A stretch of DNA of 43,175 nucleotides. Source: Patescibacteria group bacterium. Its GTDB lineage: Bacteria > Patescibacteriota > Patescibacteriia > DYGC01. How positions within the stretch are numbered: the stretch's first letter is position 1; each line of letters begins with the position of its first letter. A program made the translations under genes and the position numbers. Where the stretch lies: positions 1 through 43,175 of the forward strand of contig DAIPKK010000002.1 of NCBI GenBank assembly GCA_036769805.1, in the 5' to 3' direction. The notes beneath the pieces are model-generated. The model made no database searches. It saw nothing but the letters and a program-made list of their open reading frames with translations, and had not been told where the DNA came from. Shown here one piece after another: positions 10,465 to 20,140 of the stretch.

Positions 10465-10911
10465 ATGAGTAAAAGCCAAAGACTTCGGATCGATTCTCCG
10501 GAAATTGTCTTAGATTACCTAAATTTTCTCCAAAATGAAGGAGGAGAAAAGCTTTACCTGATTACCGTAAACGCCGGGCTGGAAATAATTGACTGTCACC
10601 ATCTAAAAAGTGGCGGGGCCAACATCGATTTGATTCACCCCCGCGACGTGATTCTCCCCGCGCTCACAGACAAAGCCAAAGGTATTATTCTGGTTCACAA
10701 TCACCCCTCCGGCCAAAGCTGTCCCAGTTCCACTGACCACATTTTTACCAAATATATCAAAAAGATTTGCGAATTGCTAAACATCGCGCTCGTCGATCAT
10801 TTGATAATCGGAAAAGATGAGGTCTATTCGTATAAAAAATCAGGCACAGAGATTTTTCCCTGTGCCCGATACTATACTGACAATAAATTATGCAAATCTT
10901 TTTCCGTTTAA
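10465..10911 (+). CDS. radC: RadC-like JAB/MPN domain protein
   Basis: 148 aa with the JAMM motif ILVHNHPSGQSCPSSTDHIFT, typical of the RadC C-terminal domain. Confidence 0.8.
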   Translation: MSKSQRLRIDSPEIVLDYLNFLQNEGGEKLYLITVNAGLEIIDCHHLKSGGANIDLIHPRDVILPALTDKAKGIILVHNHPSGQSCPSSTDHIFTKYIKKICELLNIALVDHLIIGKDEVYSYKKSGTEIFPCARYYTDNKLCKSFSV

Positions 10912-11546
10912 ATTTCTTCCACCTTAAGCCACCCGGTAATCCTGATGCCTTTGTCTTTTTCCTCCCACTCAAATTCCAATTCATCATCCAAACTCTCAAG
11001 GTCAATGGATAAATTATCAAACATAATTTCATCGCTCGGCACAAACTTTCTCAATGTTTCCGGCAAATTGGATTCATTGAATAAATCACTAAAGTCAAAC
11101 ATCAAACAATCCTCATCTTTAATTACCCGCAAAACCGAATTGTCATTTAATTTCCAAACAGTACGACCGCTTTCGACTTTACGGGCCTGTAAATCATCCA
11201 AATAGGCGACCACCGTGGCCTGACTCTCCAAATCATTGTCATCCTCCTCATAAGACTCATCGTAATCCTCACTGAAATCGGTTGTCATTGGCCCGATGTT
11301 ATGATTTCCACTTGGTACCAAGCCCTTTAAATTAGCCGAATAAAAAACCCGTCCGTCAATTATAATTTTCTCCCCCTTCTGTTCCCCTTTTAAACAAAAA
11401 TCAATAATAATATTATGAGTAGGCACAAAATCATCGCCCGCTTTGTCACTCGCCCCGCCCCCTTTTAAATTAAAAGATTTATCTGACATAAAATCAGACT
11501 CCGGCTCGGCGTCGTTATCGAAATCAACATCGTATTGGTAAGTCAT
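10908..11546 (-). CDS. Highly acidic hypothetical protein
   Basis: 212-aa ORF, very Asp/Glu-rich throughout, with no TM helix or signal peptide and no recognisable domain. Its stop overlaps the radC-like stop in a shared TTAA (10908-10911). Confidence 0.55.
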   Translation of the reverse strand: MTYQYDVDFDNDAEPESDFMSDKSFNLKGGGASDKAGDDFVPTHNIIIDFCLKGEQKGEKIIIDGRVFYSANLKGLVPSGNHNIGPMTTDFSEDYDESYEEDDNDLESQATVVAYLDDLQARKVESGRTVWKLNDNSVLRVIKDEDCLMFDFSDLFNESNLPETLRKFVPSDEIMFDNLSIDLESLDDELEFEWEEKDKGIRITGWLKVEEI

Positions 11547-11634
11547 AAAAATTTTATTTATTTTTTATATTATAAACAATAAAACAAAAATGTAAAATCA
11601 AGAAATAACCAATAAAAACGCTGATAAAAACCAA

Positions 11635-12363
11635 CTATTTGAGAGTTAAATAAAATTTTCGTTGTTTGTCCGTCAATTTTTCAATAGCGTAACGAAGCAT
11701 CACGCGCGGCATTTGTTTTGCATTATTATCCAAAAATTCGGTAAGACTTTTCTCACTGACGCGCTTACCAAGCTCACGCAACATCCAACCAACCGCCTTA
11801 TGGATCAAATCATGCTTATCATGCAACAATGTTTTGGCCACAAAAAATGTTTCATCACCGCGACCGACGCGCAAACAAGTAAAGGTCGCCAACACTGCAA
11901 TCCGACGAATCCACAAATTTTTGGATTTCAACCACACGCGCAAAAACTTTTTCGCATCCTTCTGGCGCAATAAAAAGTCACCGACTATTTTCGGGGCGCT
12001 CAAATCCACCAAATCCCAATTATTAATAAATTCAACATTATGCCAATAAAAATTGTAAATTGCCAACTTGGACAAATCATCGGCTTTTTGGTACTGCTCC
12101 ACCAAAATCAAAAGCGCCGTCAGCCGCGCTTCGTGAAATTTACTGCTGATTAAATTCTGCAAATCCAACAAACCGATGTCCTTCCAATATTTTTTCACAA
12201 TCGCGCGTTGTTGGGGAACAGTAACCCCCAGAAACAAGTCGCCTTCCCCATATTCACCTTTTCCGGTTTTGAAAAAACGAGCGAGATTTTTCGCTTGCGC
12301 GGGGCTAGCGGCGTTGCGCAATTCAGCCAAAATTTTCTTGTCTAAATTCTTATCCATAAACAA
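11635..12363 (-). CDS. DNA alkylation repair protein (AlkD/AlkC-type HEAT-like repeat glycosylase family)
   Basis: 242 aa. The blocks ARFFKTGKGEYGEGDLFLGV, NNWDLVDLSAPKIVG and HKAVGWMLRELGK match the DNA alkylation repair enzyme family. The start could instead be 12357. Confidence 0.8.
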   Translation of the reverse strand: MFMDKNLDKKILAELRNAASPAQAKNLARFFKTGKGEYGEGDLFLGVTVPQQRAIVKKYWKDIGLLDLQNLISSKFHEARLTALLILVEQYQKADDLSKLAIYNFYWHNVEFINNWDLVDLSAPKIVGDFLLRQKDAKKFLRVWLKSKNLWIRRIAVLATFTCLRVGRGDETFFVAKTLLHDKHDLIHKAVGWMLRELGKRVSEKSLTEFLDNNAKQMPRVMLRYAIEKLTDKQRKFYLTLK

Positions 12364-12374
12364 ATAATATGTTC

Positions 12375-13145
12375 TTAGACTTCAATCTCCAACGCGATCG
12401 GGCAATGATCAGAGCCCTCAACCCCAGGCAAAATATAGGAATTTTTAACGAACTTCATAAAAGATTTATTCACAAAAAAATAATCAATGCGCCAACCCAC
12501 GTTGCGCTCGCGCGCTCGCGTCCGCACCGACCACCACGTGTATTGGGCAGGCGCTTTGTTAAACTCCCTAAAAGTATCAACGTATCCGTGATCGATAAAT
12601 TTATCAATCCAAGCACGCTCTTCAGGTAAAAACCCGGATATTTTTGAATTTTCTTTGGGATGTGCCAAATCAATCTCCTTGTGCGCAGTGTTAACATCGC
12701 CGCACACAATGATATTTTTGCCGTCTTTACGCAAACGTTCAACAATTTCCAAAAAATGATCATAAAATTCCATCTTATAAGCCAAACGCTCATCGGACAT
12801 CTGTCCATTTGGAAAATAAATATTGAACAAAATAAAATTTTCGTATTCGGCCATAATTACCCGCCCCTCAGTATCAAATTTTTGCTTACCAAAACCAAAA
12901 GTAACCTTCAATGGCTCAATCTTACTATATAAAGCAACGCCACTATAACCCTTCTTATCCGGCTTGGAATAATAAACATGATATCCGGGAACATTTAATA
13001 ATTTTTCACTAAGCTGCTCAGGATGGGCCTTGGTTTCTTGTAAACCAATAATATCCGGCTGCGCCCCCAACAACCACTCCACAAAACCCTTCTTCTCCAC
13101 CGCGCGAATCCCATTCACATTCCAAGAGTATAATTTTTGCAACAT
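12375..13145 (-). CDS. xth: Exodeoxyribonuclease III (AP endonuclease)
   Basis: 256 aa with [26 protein letters not shown] and a GSDHCPI C-terminus, the ExoIII/EEP family motifs. Confidence 0.92.
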   Translation of the reverse strand: MLQKLYSWNVNGIRAVEKKGFVEWLLGAQPDIIGLQETKAHPEQLSEKLLNVPGYHVYYSKPDKKGYSGVALYSKIEPLKVTFGFGKQKFDTEGRVIMAEYENFILFNIYFPNGQMSDERLAYKMEFYDHFLEIVERLRKDGKNIIVCGDVNTAHKEIDLAHPKENSKISGFLPEERAWIDKFIDHGYVDTFREFNKAPAQYTWWSVRTRARERNVGWRIDYFFVNKSFMKFVKNSYILPGVEGSDHCPIALEIEV

Positions 13146-13213
13146 AATTTATTATTAAAAAATTAAAGCTTAATGTTATTTTAACCAAAAAGAAAAAAAA
13201 TCACAAATAAAAA

Positions 13214-13232
13214 AGAGTGCGGCTTGCACTCA
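13214..13232 (-). terminator. Intrinsic terminator after the 100-aa gene
   Basis: The minus strand reads GAGTGC-AAGCC-GCACTC followed by TTTTTTATTTG. Confidence 0.55.
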
Positions 13233-13243
13233 TGAAAAAATGA

Positions 13244-13546
13244 TCAGTCCGTCAGCCGATTGAGATCAGCCAACAGCTTTTCCCGAACTTCATCAGGAAT
13301 ACGTTCGGTGGGACGCCGACCGTCCTTTCGGGGACAGTAAGCATCATCTACAAAAACACCGGTTTGGGCGACACGCTTCTCCATGCTCACGAACAAATTC
13401 GCATCCATAGACGGAAGCTCCATCGTCGTCACCCGTAAATCTTCTTCAGACAAGGGGACACCAAAAAACTTCCGTTCACCATTTTGGTTCCCCATCGCAA
13501 AAACCAATTCTGTCACCGAATCCTTACCCAAATTTTTGTCGGTCAT
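13244..13546 (-). CDS. Small cytoplasmic hypothetical protein (100 aa)
   Basis: The start at MTDKNLG is preceded by AAGGAGG with a 5-nt spacer. Two 60-nt lines counted by hand (13261-13380) are 52-53% G+C, against about 25% in a line of the next gene. The longer ORF-track form would overlap sdpI-like. Confidence 0.6.
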   Translation of the reverse strand: MTDKNLGKDSVTELVFAMGNQNGERKFFGVPLSEEDLRVTTMELPSMDANLFVSMEKRVAQTGVFVDDAYCPRKDGRRPTERIPDEVREKLLADLNRLTD

Positions 13547-13604
13547 GACACCCTCCTTTGCGTGAAAACGCATAGATAAAATACCACAAGGGGAAACAAA
13601 AAAC

Positions 13605-13645
13605 AACAATAAAAAATCGCCCCAAACGATGAGACGATTTTTATT
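13605..13645 (-). terminator. Possible intrinsic terminator after the sdpI-like gene
   Basis: Stem 13612-13619/13635-13642 (AAAAATCG/CGATTTTT), 15-nt loop, then a T-rich run on the minus strand. Confidence 0.4.
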
Positions 13646-13655
13646 CAGAAAAAAC

Positions 13656-14291
13656 TTATTTTCCACTACGACGATAAAGATAATAAGAATAAACAAACGG
13701 CACAAACACCATCAAAATCACCAAACTCAGCGTAGCGGCAACAATTTGCCATTGCCAAAAAGCCTCCAATAAAAAAACCAAACCGGCAATCACGAACATC
13801 CAGCCGCCCACGCGCTGCGTTTGATTCCAATTATCAACATCATTCAGCGCCCAAGGTGTTTTCACTCCAATAAAATAATTTTGCTTAATTTTTCCCATGT
13901 AATTTCCAATCAAAACAAACATGATTCCCAAACCAATCAAAATCATCTTGGTAAAATCCAACCCCGGCATTAAAATATAAGCAAACATAATCGCCTGCAA
14001 ATAAACAAAAAACACTAAAAAGACCATCTGTAAAATATTCCAGGCGTCAACAAACAATTGATATTTTTCCTTTTTGGGGTCAAGTTTTGGCAAAAAGGAG
14101 AATAAAATCCACATTGCCAAATAAATCCCCGGAGCAAAAAACACCGAATAAATTCTCGGCCAATAACGATCAGGCACGCCTTCAAAATTCCAATGAGATG
14201 GTACCTGCTCGGGCAAATACTGCCAAACCAACAAACTTCCCCCCAACAACAAAATGAACAAAACCAATTTAATGTAAAACCATTTTTTCAT
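13656..14291 (-). CDS. SdpI/YhfL family membrane protein (DUF1648 + SdpI domains)
   Basis: 211 aa. The N-terminal LPEQVPSHWNFEGVPDRYWPR matches DUF1648. The multi-TM body with NYFIGVKTPWALNDVDNWNQTQRVGGW matches the SdpI motif. Confidence 0.8.
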   Translation of the reverse strand: MKKWFYIKLVLFILLLGGSLLVWQYLPEQVPSHWNFEGVPDRYWPRIYSVFFAPGIYLAMWILFSFLPKLDPKKEKYQLFVDAWNILQMVFLVFFVYLQAIMFAYILMPGLDFTKMILIGLGIMFVLIGNYMGKIKQNYFIGVKTPWALNDVDNWNQTQRVGGWMFVIAGLVFLLEAFWQWQIVAATLSLVILMVFVPFVYSYYLYRRSGK

Positions 14292-14303
14292 AAAATTATA
14301 AAA

Positions 14304-14561
14304 TTATTCTTTAAAAAAATTAAATAAAAATTTAACAACACTTTCAAAGACCGATAAATTCAAGGAATAAATCATAAATTGCCCCTGTCGCTCGACCGTC
14401 AACAGTTGCGCTCGCTTTAGAATATCCAAATGATGAGAAAGCGACGCTTGGGTAAAATTAAAATGTGACTGCAACTCGGAAACGGACATGTCCTTTTTCC
14501 GTAGCAAGTCTAAAATTTTTCGACGATTGGGATCAGACAGCGCTTTAAAGATTAAATCCAT
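14304..14561 (-). CDS. ArsR/SmtB family transcriptional regulator (SdpR-like)
   Basis: 85 aa with FKALSDPNRRKILDLL....MSVSEL......TQASLSHHL..L, a winged helix-turn-helix. It lies directly upstream of sdpI-like. Confidence 0.85.
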   Translation of the reverse strand: MDLIFKALSDPNRRKILDLLRKKDMSVSELQSHFNFTQASLSHHLDILKRAQLLTVERQGQFMIYSLNLSVFESVVKFLFNFFKE

Positions 14562-14571
14562 AATTTTAACA

Positions 14572-14605
14572 TATTAATATATAGACACCTATCTATATAT
14601 TAATA
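14572..14605. promoter_or_regulatory. Perfect 14-bp inverted repeat; candidate ArsR/SdpR operator
   Basis: TATTAATATATAGA (14572-14585), a 6-nt spacer, then TCTATATATTAATA (14592-14605). It starts 11 nt upstream of the regulator start codon. Confidence 0.6.
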
Positions 14606-14642
14606 CTATAAAAATATTTTGTCAAATGAAAAATCGCCCCAC

Positions 14643-14673
14643 GCACTCACTGCGTAGGACGATTTTTTTATAA
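14643..14673. terminator. Bidirectional intrinsic terminator ending the six-gene envelope operon
   Basis: 13-position stem (11 pairs) ATCGCCCCACGCA/TGCGTAGGACGAT with loop CTCAC. An A-run lies on one side and T7 on the other. Confidence 0.6.
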
Positions 14674-14700
14674 ATAACGTTTTCACCTGCAAATCACTTA

Positions 14701-16086
14701 TTATTTTGAATGCTGATAGGTATAGGACTTCTTCATGGATTTCCAAAAAACTTCCTTGTTCAGACAATGCGGATTGGAACCATCACAATCTTTATTTTCA
14801 ATCAGATTACCATATTGGGCAAAAGTATGAGAATCTTCATAGGTATAAGGATCTTTCATTAAATTGGCGGTGACGGCGGCATGGGCTTTTTCCACATCAC
14901 CTCCGGCCTTCGCCAATTCCTCTTCCATACCCATATTATAAGCGCGCACCAAACCACGAAACTCAGCGGACTTTGCTTCGGCTTTAACAACATCCAATGC
15001 TTCACCAACTACCGCAGTCGTAATTCCGGCTGCTTTACCGGTCGCTTTACCAAAAATTGACTCAATTACATAATCCTGAATTTTGTTACCGGCATAATCG
15101 GCGACGCCCCCACCAACAATTCCCATATCACGATTGAAATCCTGCTCTACTTCACTCAAGCCTTGATTAATCGCTTCTTGGCGCTCCAACATTCTCTCAT
15201 AGAAACGCAATTGCTCATCCAATGCTTTTTCCTTATCTGTCGAATTAGACTTCCAAAATTTTACTTTTTCAAAAGCATTACCCAACTTCTCATTCCAACG
15301 ATCTTTCAAAATATCTTTTGGATCCATATTTTCAATATCATTAGTCGGATCATTGAGATATTTTATGTATTCTTTAACGGAATTATATTGTTCATCGGTT
15401 AATTTCACTCCCTTGTCTTTCAGTTTTGCATTCAAATCCAATAATTGATCTTTGGTACTTTCATCAATTTTGCCATCAATATAATCATCAGAAATTTGAC
15501 GATTGGTTGGATCGGTTAAAAACTCATAAGACCGCTTATTTTCATCAGTCATTACACCAAGCAGTGAATTACGCTTGTCTTCCAAACCTTTTAACTGACT
15601 TTCCAATCCCGGATCAGAACCATTTTTTAATTCTTCTTGTAAAATTTTGATTTGTGCATCCACCTCCATCACTTTATCGGCGGTAATTTTCGGTCCGACT
15701 GATGCGATACAGCTATCTTTATCACTACCACTTAACTTGGCACATCCCTCCGGTAATTCATTTTCAATGGAAGTTTCCAAAATACATTCTTCTTTGGTAT
15801 AAGACATCAAGCCACCTTCAATTTTATCACAAACCGACAAATCGCCGGTGTTGGTGGCAATTTGCAAATAACACTTATCTTTTGGCGGATTGGAACCTTC
15901 AAAACCTTCGCCCTTAATTTTTTCACAACCGGCCGGATCACCATCCTGCACCGCCGAAGATTGATAACAATGATCAGGATCATCAAAAAATAAACAAGCC
16001 CAACCTTGAATATCCCCCAAACAACCACCCAAAAATATTGGTGCGCCGGCAATCAAGAAAAAAGATAAAAATCTGAATTTATTCAT
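14701..16086 (-). CDS. Predicted lipoprotein with an N-terminal Cys-rich repeat region and a coiled-coil/helical C-terminal part; function unknown
   Basis: 461 aa with a signal peptide ending in the lipobox FLGGC. Three repeats follow the pattern C.KI.G....(K/D)(D/E).C........D...C. Confidence 0.6.
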   Translation of the reverse strand: MNKFRFLSFFLIAGAPIFLGGCLGDIQGWACLFFDDPDHCYQSSAVQDGDPAGCEKIKGEGFEGSNPPKDKCYLQIATNTGDLSVCDKIEGGLMSYTKEECILETSIENELPEGCAKLSGSDKDSCIASVGPKITADKVMEVDAQIKILQEELKNGSDPGLESQLKGLEDKRNSLLGVMTDENKRSYEFLTDPTNRQISDDYIDGKIDESTKDQLLDLNAKLKDKGVKLTDEQYNSVKEYIKYLNDPTNDIENMDPKDILKDRWNEKLGNAFEKVKFWKSNSTDKEKALDEQLRFYERMLERQEAINQGLSEVEQDFNRDMGIVGGGVADYAGNKIQDYVIESIFGKATGKAAGITTAVVGEALDVVKAEAKSAEFRGLVRAYNMGMEEELAKAGGDVEKAHAAVTANLMKDPYTYEDSHTFAQYGNLIENKDCDGSNPHCLNKEVFWKSMKKSYTYQHSK

Positions 16087-16095
16087 AATTGATGA

Positions 16096-16590
16096 TTATT
16101 TATTTTTTTTAAAAATAAGATATAACACATTCCCGACAAACCACACGCCGCCGATAATCGCCAAAACCACGCAAGTGTACCATAACGGCTGCGCCACATA
16201 ATCAATAATCGCTCGTCCGATGTTGGTAAAACGCGGTTCATTAAAATAAATTTGATATGACAAAATCCCCCACAAACCCACGCCCAACAGGTAAGTCACA
16301 GGATTCGCCAATGAATATTTTCCCAAACGCAACAAGGATTTTATACCGTATAAAACATACCACAATAATAATGATAAAATCGCCAAAGCAAAACCAAAAT
16401 ATTGTCCATAATTTTCAAACACATTTAAAATTTTCTCGCTGTCTATATCTTCCGGCGCCGGCTCAATAAACCAATAAACCAAATAATAAACCACCGCAAA
16501 CAAAAGCATCGCCAAGAAAGGCCACCACGCACGGTTGATAAAAGATCGTTTGTCGCTGTCCTTCAAATCAATTTGCAAATTTTCCGTCAT
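16096..16590 (-). CDS. Integral membrane protein (about 4 TM); function unknown
   Basis: 164-aa ORF with hydrophobic helices, spaced 9 nt from the next gene. Confidence 0.55.
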   Translation of the reverse strand: MTENLQIDLKDSDKRSFINRAWWPFLAMLLFAVVYYLVYWFIEPAPEDIDSEKILNVFENYGQYFGFALAILSLLLWYVLYGIKSLLRLGKYSLANPVTYLLGVGLWGILSYQIYFNEPRFTNIGRAIIDYVAQPLWYTCVVLAIIGGVWFVGNVLYLIFKKNK

Positions 16591-16607
16591 AAAAATTTTT
16601 ATTTAAA

Positions 16608-17255
16608 TTAATATTGAATTTCTTTTAAAGGATGGGTACTTAAATCCACCTTAAAAACACCATCGGTCACGTTAATTTTGTTTTCATAATGATAGCCATC
16701 CGGTTCCAAATTTGTCAAAATACCGGAAAAGGTTCCCTCAATGAATTGCTCATCAAAACGAGTAATGTTGACTTCAATCGCATCACCGGTGATATCAACG
16801 GTATTGGTATAACTCCAAGATTTATCATCTTTATAAAAACCATAATGCAACATCGGCTCAAAATATGGCTCGCGGGCTTTCATACCAATAAACTTTTCCA
16901 CGCGCTTTCCCGGAAACGTGACAGACATCGTTCCGTTTTGATAATCACCAAAAATCAACAAGGTTTCGCCGTCATCCGGATAGTTAACACTTTTCGGCAA
17001 ATGCTGAACGGTTTGCACTCCCAAACTTTTATAAGTCACGCCATCCACCACCCACGAAGCAAAACTTTTTTCCACATCCACGACTTCGCTCGACTGAACA
17101 TCGTCACCTTCCTCCACGGAGTTAGTGGTACTTTCCACCACCGCTGTTTCGTCTGGTAAATTTTCCTCCGCCCCTTTCTTACCGCTAACCATGAACAAAA
17201 AATAAGAAACCGCCACCACCAACATCAGAAGAGCGATAATTTTCAAATTTTTCAT
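16608..17255 (-). CDS. Secreted or membrane-anchored hypothetical protein
   Basis: 215 aa with an N-terminal signal/anchor MKNLKIIALLMLVVAVSYFLF, an acidic linker, then a globular domain. Confidence 0.55.
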   Translation of the reverse strand: MKNLKIIALLMLVVAVSYFLFMVSGKKGAEENLPDETAVVESTTNSVEEGDDVQSSEVVDVEKSFASWVVDGVTYKSLGVQTVQHLPKSVNYPDDGETLLIFGDYQNGTMSVTFPGKRVEKFIGMKAREPYFEPMLHYGFYKDDKSWSYTNTVDITGDAIEVNITRFDEQFIEGTFSGILTNLEPDGYHYENKINVTDGVFKVDLSTHPLKEIQY

Positions 17256-17266
17256 ACGCGTAATTA

Positions 17267-18601
17267 TTATTTGATAATATGGAAATCACTGATTTTTACC
17301 CCATCGGAATTAACCGTAAAATTGAAACCGGCCTTCAAAGCGATGTGACCGTCTTCATATTCCACTTCCCCATAATTTAAACTCAAAACGTCCAACTTGG
17401 TAATATAAAATTTACCGCCCAATACCGCCGGCTCGGGAGAAAGCTGCGCCAAATTATTTTCCACAAAAGTATAAAGATTCAATTCATCATCAGCTGATAA
17501 TAAATTTCGATCGCAGCGTCCTTGATACAAATCATCAAGCAAACAAGTCTTACCATTGGCAAATGTACAAACACTGCCACCGGCCGTCGTTTGCCCACCC
17601 AAAATGGCGCAATAAATTTCCGATTCATAATCAAAACCGGTCACCTTCACACCACCTTCCGGACAATAACCGTAAAACAGAGACCATTCTTCACATTGTC
17701 TATTATCCTCAAATAAACAAACTCCATACTGCCCCAAAGCATTTTCTTTCATCATAATTTGCCCGCCCTTATCCTGACAATTTAAAGAAGCGGGATTGGC
17801 CAAACCGGTCCACTCGCCTTGCCCACCCAAATTATTAATCCAAGGAAACTCCACTGTAAAATCACCTAAAGCATAAGCCGCCACTTGGTATGGCGGAAAA
17901 TAAAAAGTGATACTATCTTCATCAAAAATAAAAGCTTGGAAATTTTCAGCTTCCGGCGACACGCCATCTTTTAACCATTCTTCATCCATATAATCATCGC
18001 CGGTTTTTTCCTGAATTTGTTTTCTTAAATCATCAAAACAAAATTGGGAAATATCATTAAGATAATTGGGGCGGTCAACAAACAAATCAGACAACTTCAT
18101 TTCTTTGTCATTTTGCAAATCATAGGCAAAACCATAATACTCGCGACCACCATGCGCACCGCCGCTATAATATTCAAAGGCTAAAACAAAACTGACATAA
18201 TTTTCATCAAAACGCCCTTTATCATAACGAGCATGCAAATAATAAGTAATCGGAAAAACTTCACCGTCTTCCGCCAAATCGTCCATTGCCGACTCATAGG
18301 AATTGGCCGATTCTTTGAAATTGGCAACGTAATCGGTCACAAAATTTTCAATCAACGAATTCAAATTATCCTTACCATCGAACGTCGGGTAAGTAATCTC
18401 AATGTCCCAATCACCTTCTTTTTCCTCAATCTTTTGATCCTTCACAATCAACATTTTATTATCCGGCAAATCAGTCGTCCCGGAATTATCAGTGACAATA
18501 TTTTTATCACCCCTAAAATTCAAATAATAAAATGCGGCCGCCCCGCCAATCAACAACGCCAAAGCAACCAAGACCAAAATGATTTTAAAAGTTTTTGTCA
18601 T
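17267..18601 (-). CDS. Membrane-anchored protein with a DUF3298/DUF4163 (RsiV-like) domain followed by two DUF333-like Cys-rich modules
   Basis: 444 aa. YYSGGAHGGREYYGFAYDL is the DUF3298 hallmark. NPASLNCQDKGGQ....G.C.....CEEWSLFYGYC matches DUF333. A degenerate second copy reads YCAILGGQ...GSVCTF..GKTC. Confidence 0.6.
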   Translation of the reverse strand: MTKTFKIILVLVALALLIGGAAAFYYLNFRGDKNIVTDNSGTTDLPDNKMLIVKDQKIEEKEGDWDIEITYPTFDGKDNLNSLIENFVTDYVANFKESANSYESAMDDLAEDGEVFPITYYLHARYDKGRFDENYVSFVLAFEYYSGGAHGGREYYGFAYDLQNDKEMKLSDLFVDRPNYLNDISQFCFDDLRKQIQEKTGDDYMDEEWLKDGVSPEAENFQAFIFDEDSITFYFPPYQVAAYALGDFTVEFPWINNLGGQGEWTGLANPASLNCQDKGGQIMMKENALGQYGVCLFEDNRQCEEWSLFYGYCPEGGVKVTGFDYESEIYCAILGGQTTAGGSVCTFANGKTCLLDDLYQGRCDRNLLSADDELNLYTFVENNLAQLSPEPAVLGGKFYITKLDVLSLNYGEVEYEDGHIALKAGFNFTVNSDGVKISDFHIIK

Positions 18602-18610
18602 AACTATATT

Positions 18611-19240
18611 TTATTTCTTTAGTTTAAACGGTCGCGGAACCGACCAGGCAATAAACACCGCCAAAGCCATAAACAACAAAGTATAACCATCAACCATTTC
18701 CATGATGGAGTTAATAAAAGTCATAAATAAATCCACATTCAGCCACTTAAAACTAAACAAAACCCCCACGCCACTGCCGCCTTCCAAAACCAATTGATTA
18801 AAATAATAATAAAAAATCAAATATTGAGCCAAGAAAATCGACAGTGCGGCACAAACAGCCGCGACAATTTGCAAGCCACGAGAGCGCTTTTTACCGGCAA
18901 ACCACAAAACCAAATATCCCACAAAAAGACCTACCCCCAATGCCATATAACCGATTTCATAATCAGTTAATGCAACGATCACCGCCCACACCAACGCCGA
19001 AAACAACGCCCCCACCATACCTCCCAACAAACCCATATAAACCGATCGGGAATCGACTTGACTGTCTTTATGTAATTCCAAGGCTTCTTGCTCTGCCTGC
19101 TGGGCAACACTATCAATTTCAGCTTCGGTCGTTTCATACTCATCCAAAATAAACTTTTTTGCTTGTGCCAAATCACGCCCCTCACAAAAATGTTCGGTTA
19201 AAATTTTTTTCAAATCATTAGTACCGTTAATCTTTTTCAT
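18611..19240 (-). CDS. Integral membrane protein with a roughly 65-aa cytoplasmic N-terminal domain; function unknown
   Basis: 209-aa ORF with 4 predicted TM helices; in the operon. Confidence 0.55.
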   Translation of the reverse strand: MKKINGTNDLKKILTEHFCEGRDLAQAKKFILDEYETTEAEIDSVAQQAEQEALELHKDSQVDSRSVYMGLLGGMVGALFSALVWAVIVALTDYEIGYMALGVGLFVGYLVLWFAGKKRSRGLQIVAAVCAALSIFLAQYLIFYYYFNQLVLEGGSGVGVLFSFKWLNVDLFMTFINSIMEMVDGYTLLFMALAVFIAWSVPRPFKLKK

Positions 19241-19258
19241 AAAATTAAATGTGATGAT

Positions 19259-20104
19259 TTATTTTCTGCTCCCAAAATAATGATAATACAAAGGCACAGC
19301 CAAACACCAACCACTAATCGCTTGATACAACATTAAGCCCGCCACCACGAACAGCAACAAACTCCAGAAAAACGCCCCTAACACGAAAAACACCAAAAAT
19401 CCCAAAACCCGCCAGCCACGCGCTCGGCCGGATAACGTTTTACCAAACCAACCGGGATATTTCTTTACAATCCTTTTCAAAATTAATCGCAACAAGACCA
19501 TAAACAACATTGTCACCAAAATAATGAAGACAACCTGAATTGCGCCGAACGGTGATAATAAAAAGTTGGCCGGCACTTCATTGAAAAAATCTTTTTTCAA
19601 TTGCGGAAGCAATTTATAAACATTCATGATTTCGGCGAAATCAAAACTTTCCAGTTCACCGATTGCCAAAGCATATTTTCCTTGATTGAATTGATTAAAC
19701 ACCGCCACCCGATATTGTCCGGCCGGCATCACGGTTTTATATTCCGGACCTTCCAAATAAGTATCGTAACCAAATGGTTCAAAAAATTCTTTCCACTCAA
19801 AATTCTCTCCATCCAAAAAATATAATTCTTCATCAGTGGTCATATCATACAAGGCGGCGGAAAAACGTCCCTCCGGATTACTATTTTGGGGAACCAATAA
19901 ATTCAGATACAAATTAAATTCCTTGTCACTGTTAATATAATAAGTATGTGGCACACCGGTTAATTCCGCATAGTAAGCCTTGGATACTTCCGGGGCAGGC
20001 ACTTCAATCGTGGAATCATTGACCAAGCGTGGCTGGTGGGCGGACACCGACAAAGGCAAAATAAAAAAGCTCAAAACAATTAAAGCTTTAAAAAATTTGG
20101 ACAT
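19259..20104 (-). CDS. Signal-peptide protein with an extracytoplasmic domain and a C-terminal DUF2892-like two-TM module
   Basis: 281 aa with signal peptide ...LSVSAHQP. The C-terminal GRARGWRVLGFLVF....AGLMLYQAISGWCLAVPLYY resembles the YgaP/DUF2892 membrane motif. Confidence 0.5.
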   Translation of the reverse strand: MSKFFKALIVLSFFILPLSVSAHQPRLVNDSTIEVPAPEVSKAYYAELTGVPHTYYINSDKEFNLYLNLLVPQNSNPEGRFSAALYDMTTDEELYFLDGENFEWKEFFEPFGYDTYLEGPEYKTVMPAGQYRVAVFNQFNQGKYALAIGELESFDFAEIMNVYKLLPQLKKDFFNEVPANFLLSPFGAIQVVFIILVTMLFMVLLRLILKRIVKKYPGWFGKTLSGRARGWRVLGFLVFFVLGAFFWSLLLFVVAGLMLYQAISGWCLAVPLYYHYFGSRK

Positions 20105-20140
20105 AAAATTATCCTTTAAAATTTTTGATTTACTAGTAAA

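Noticed and set aside
13547-13705. Long form of the 13244-13705 ORF
   Set aside because: It would overlap the 3' end of the sdpI-like gene by 50 nt. The internal ATG at 13546 has a perfect AAGGAGG site.
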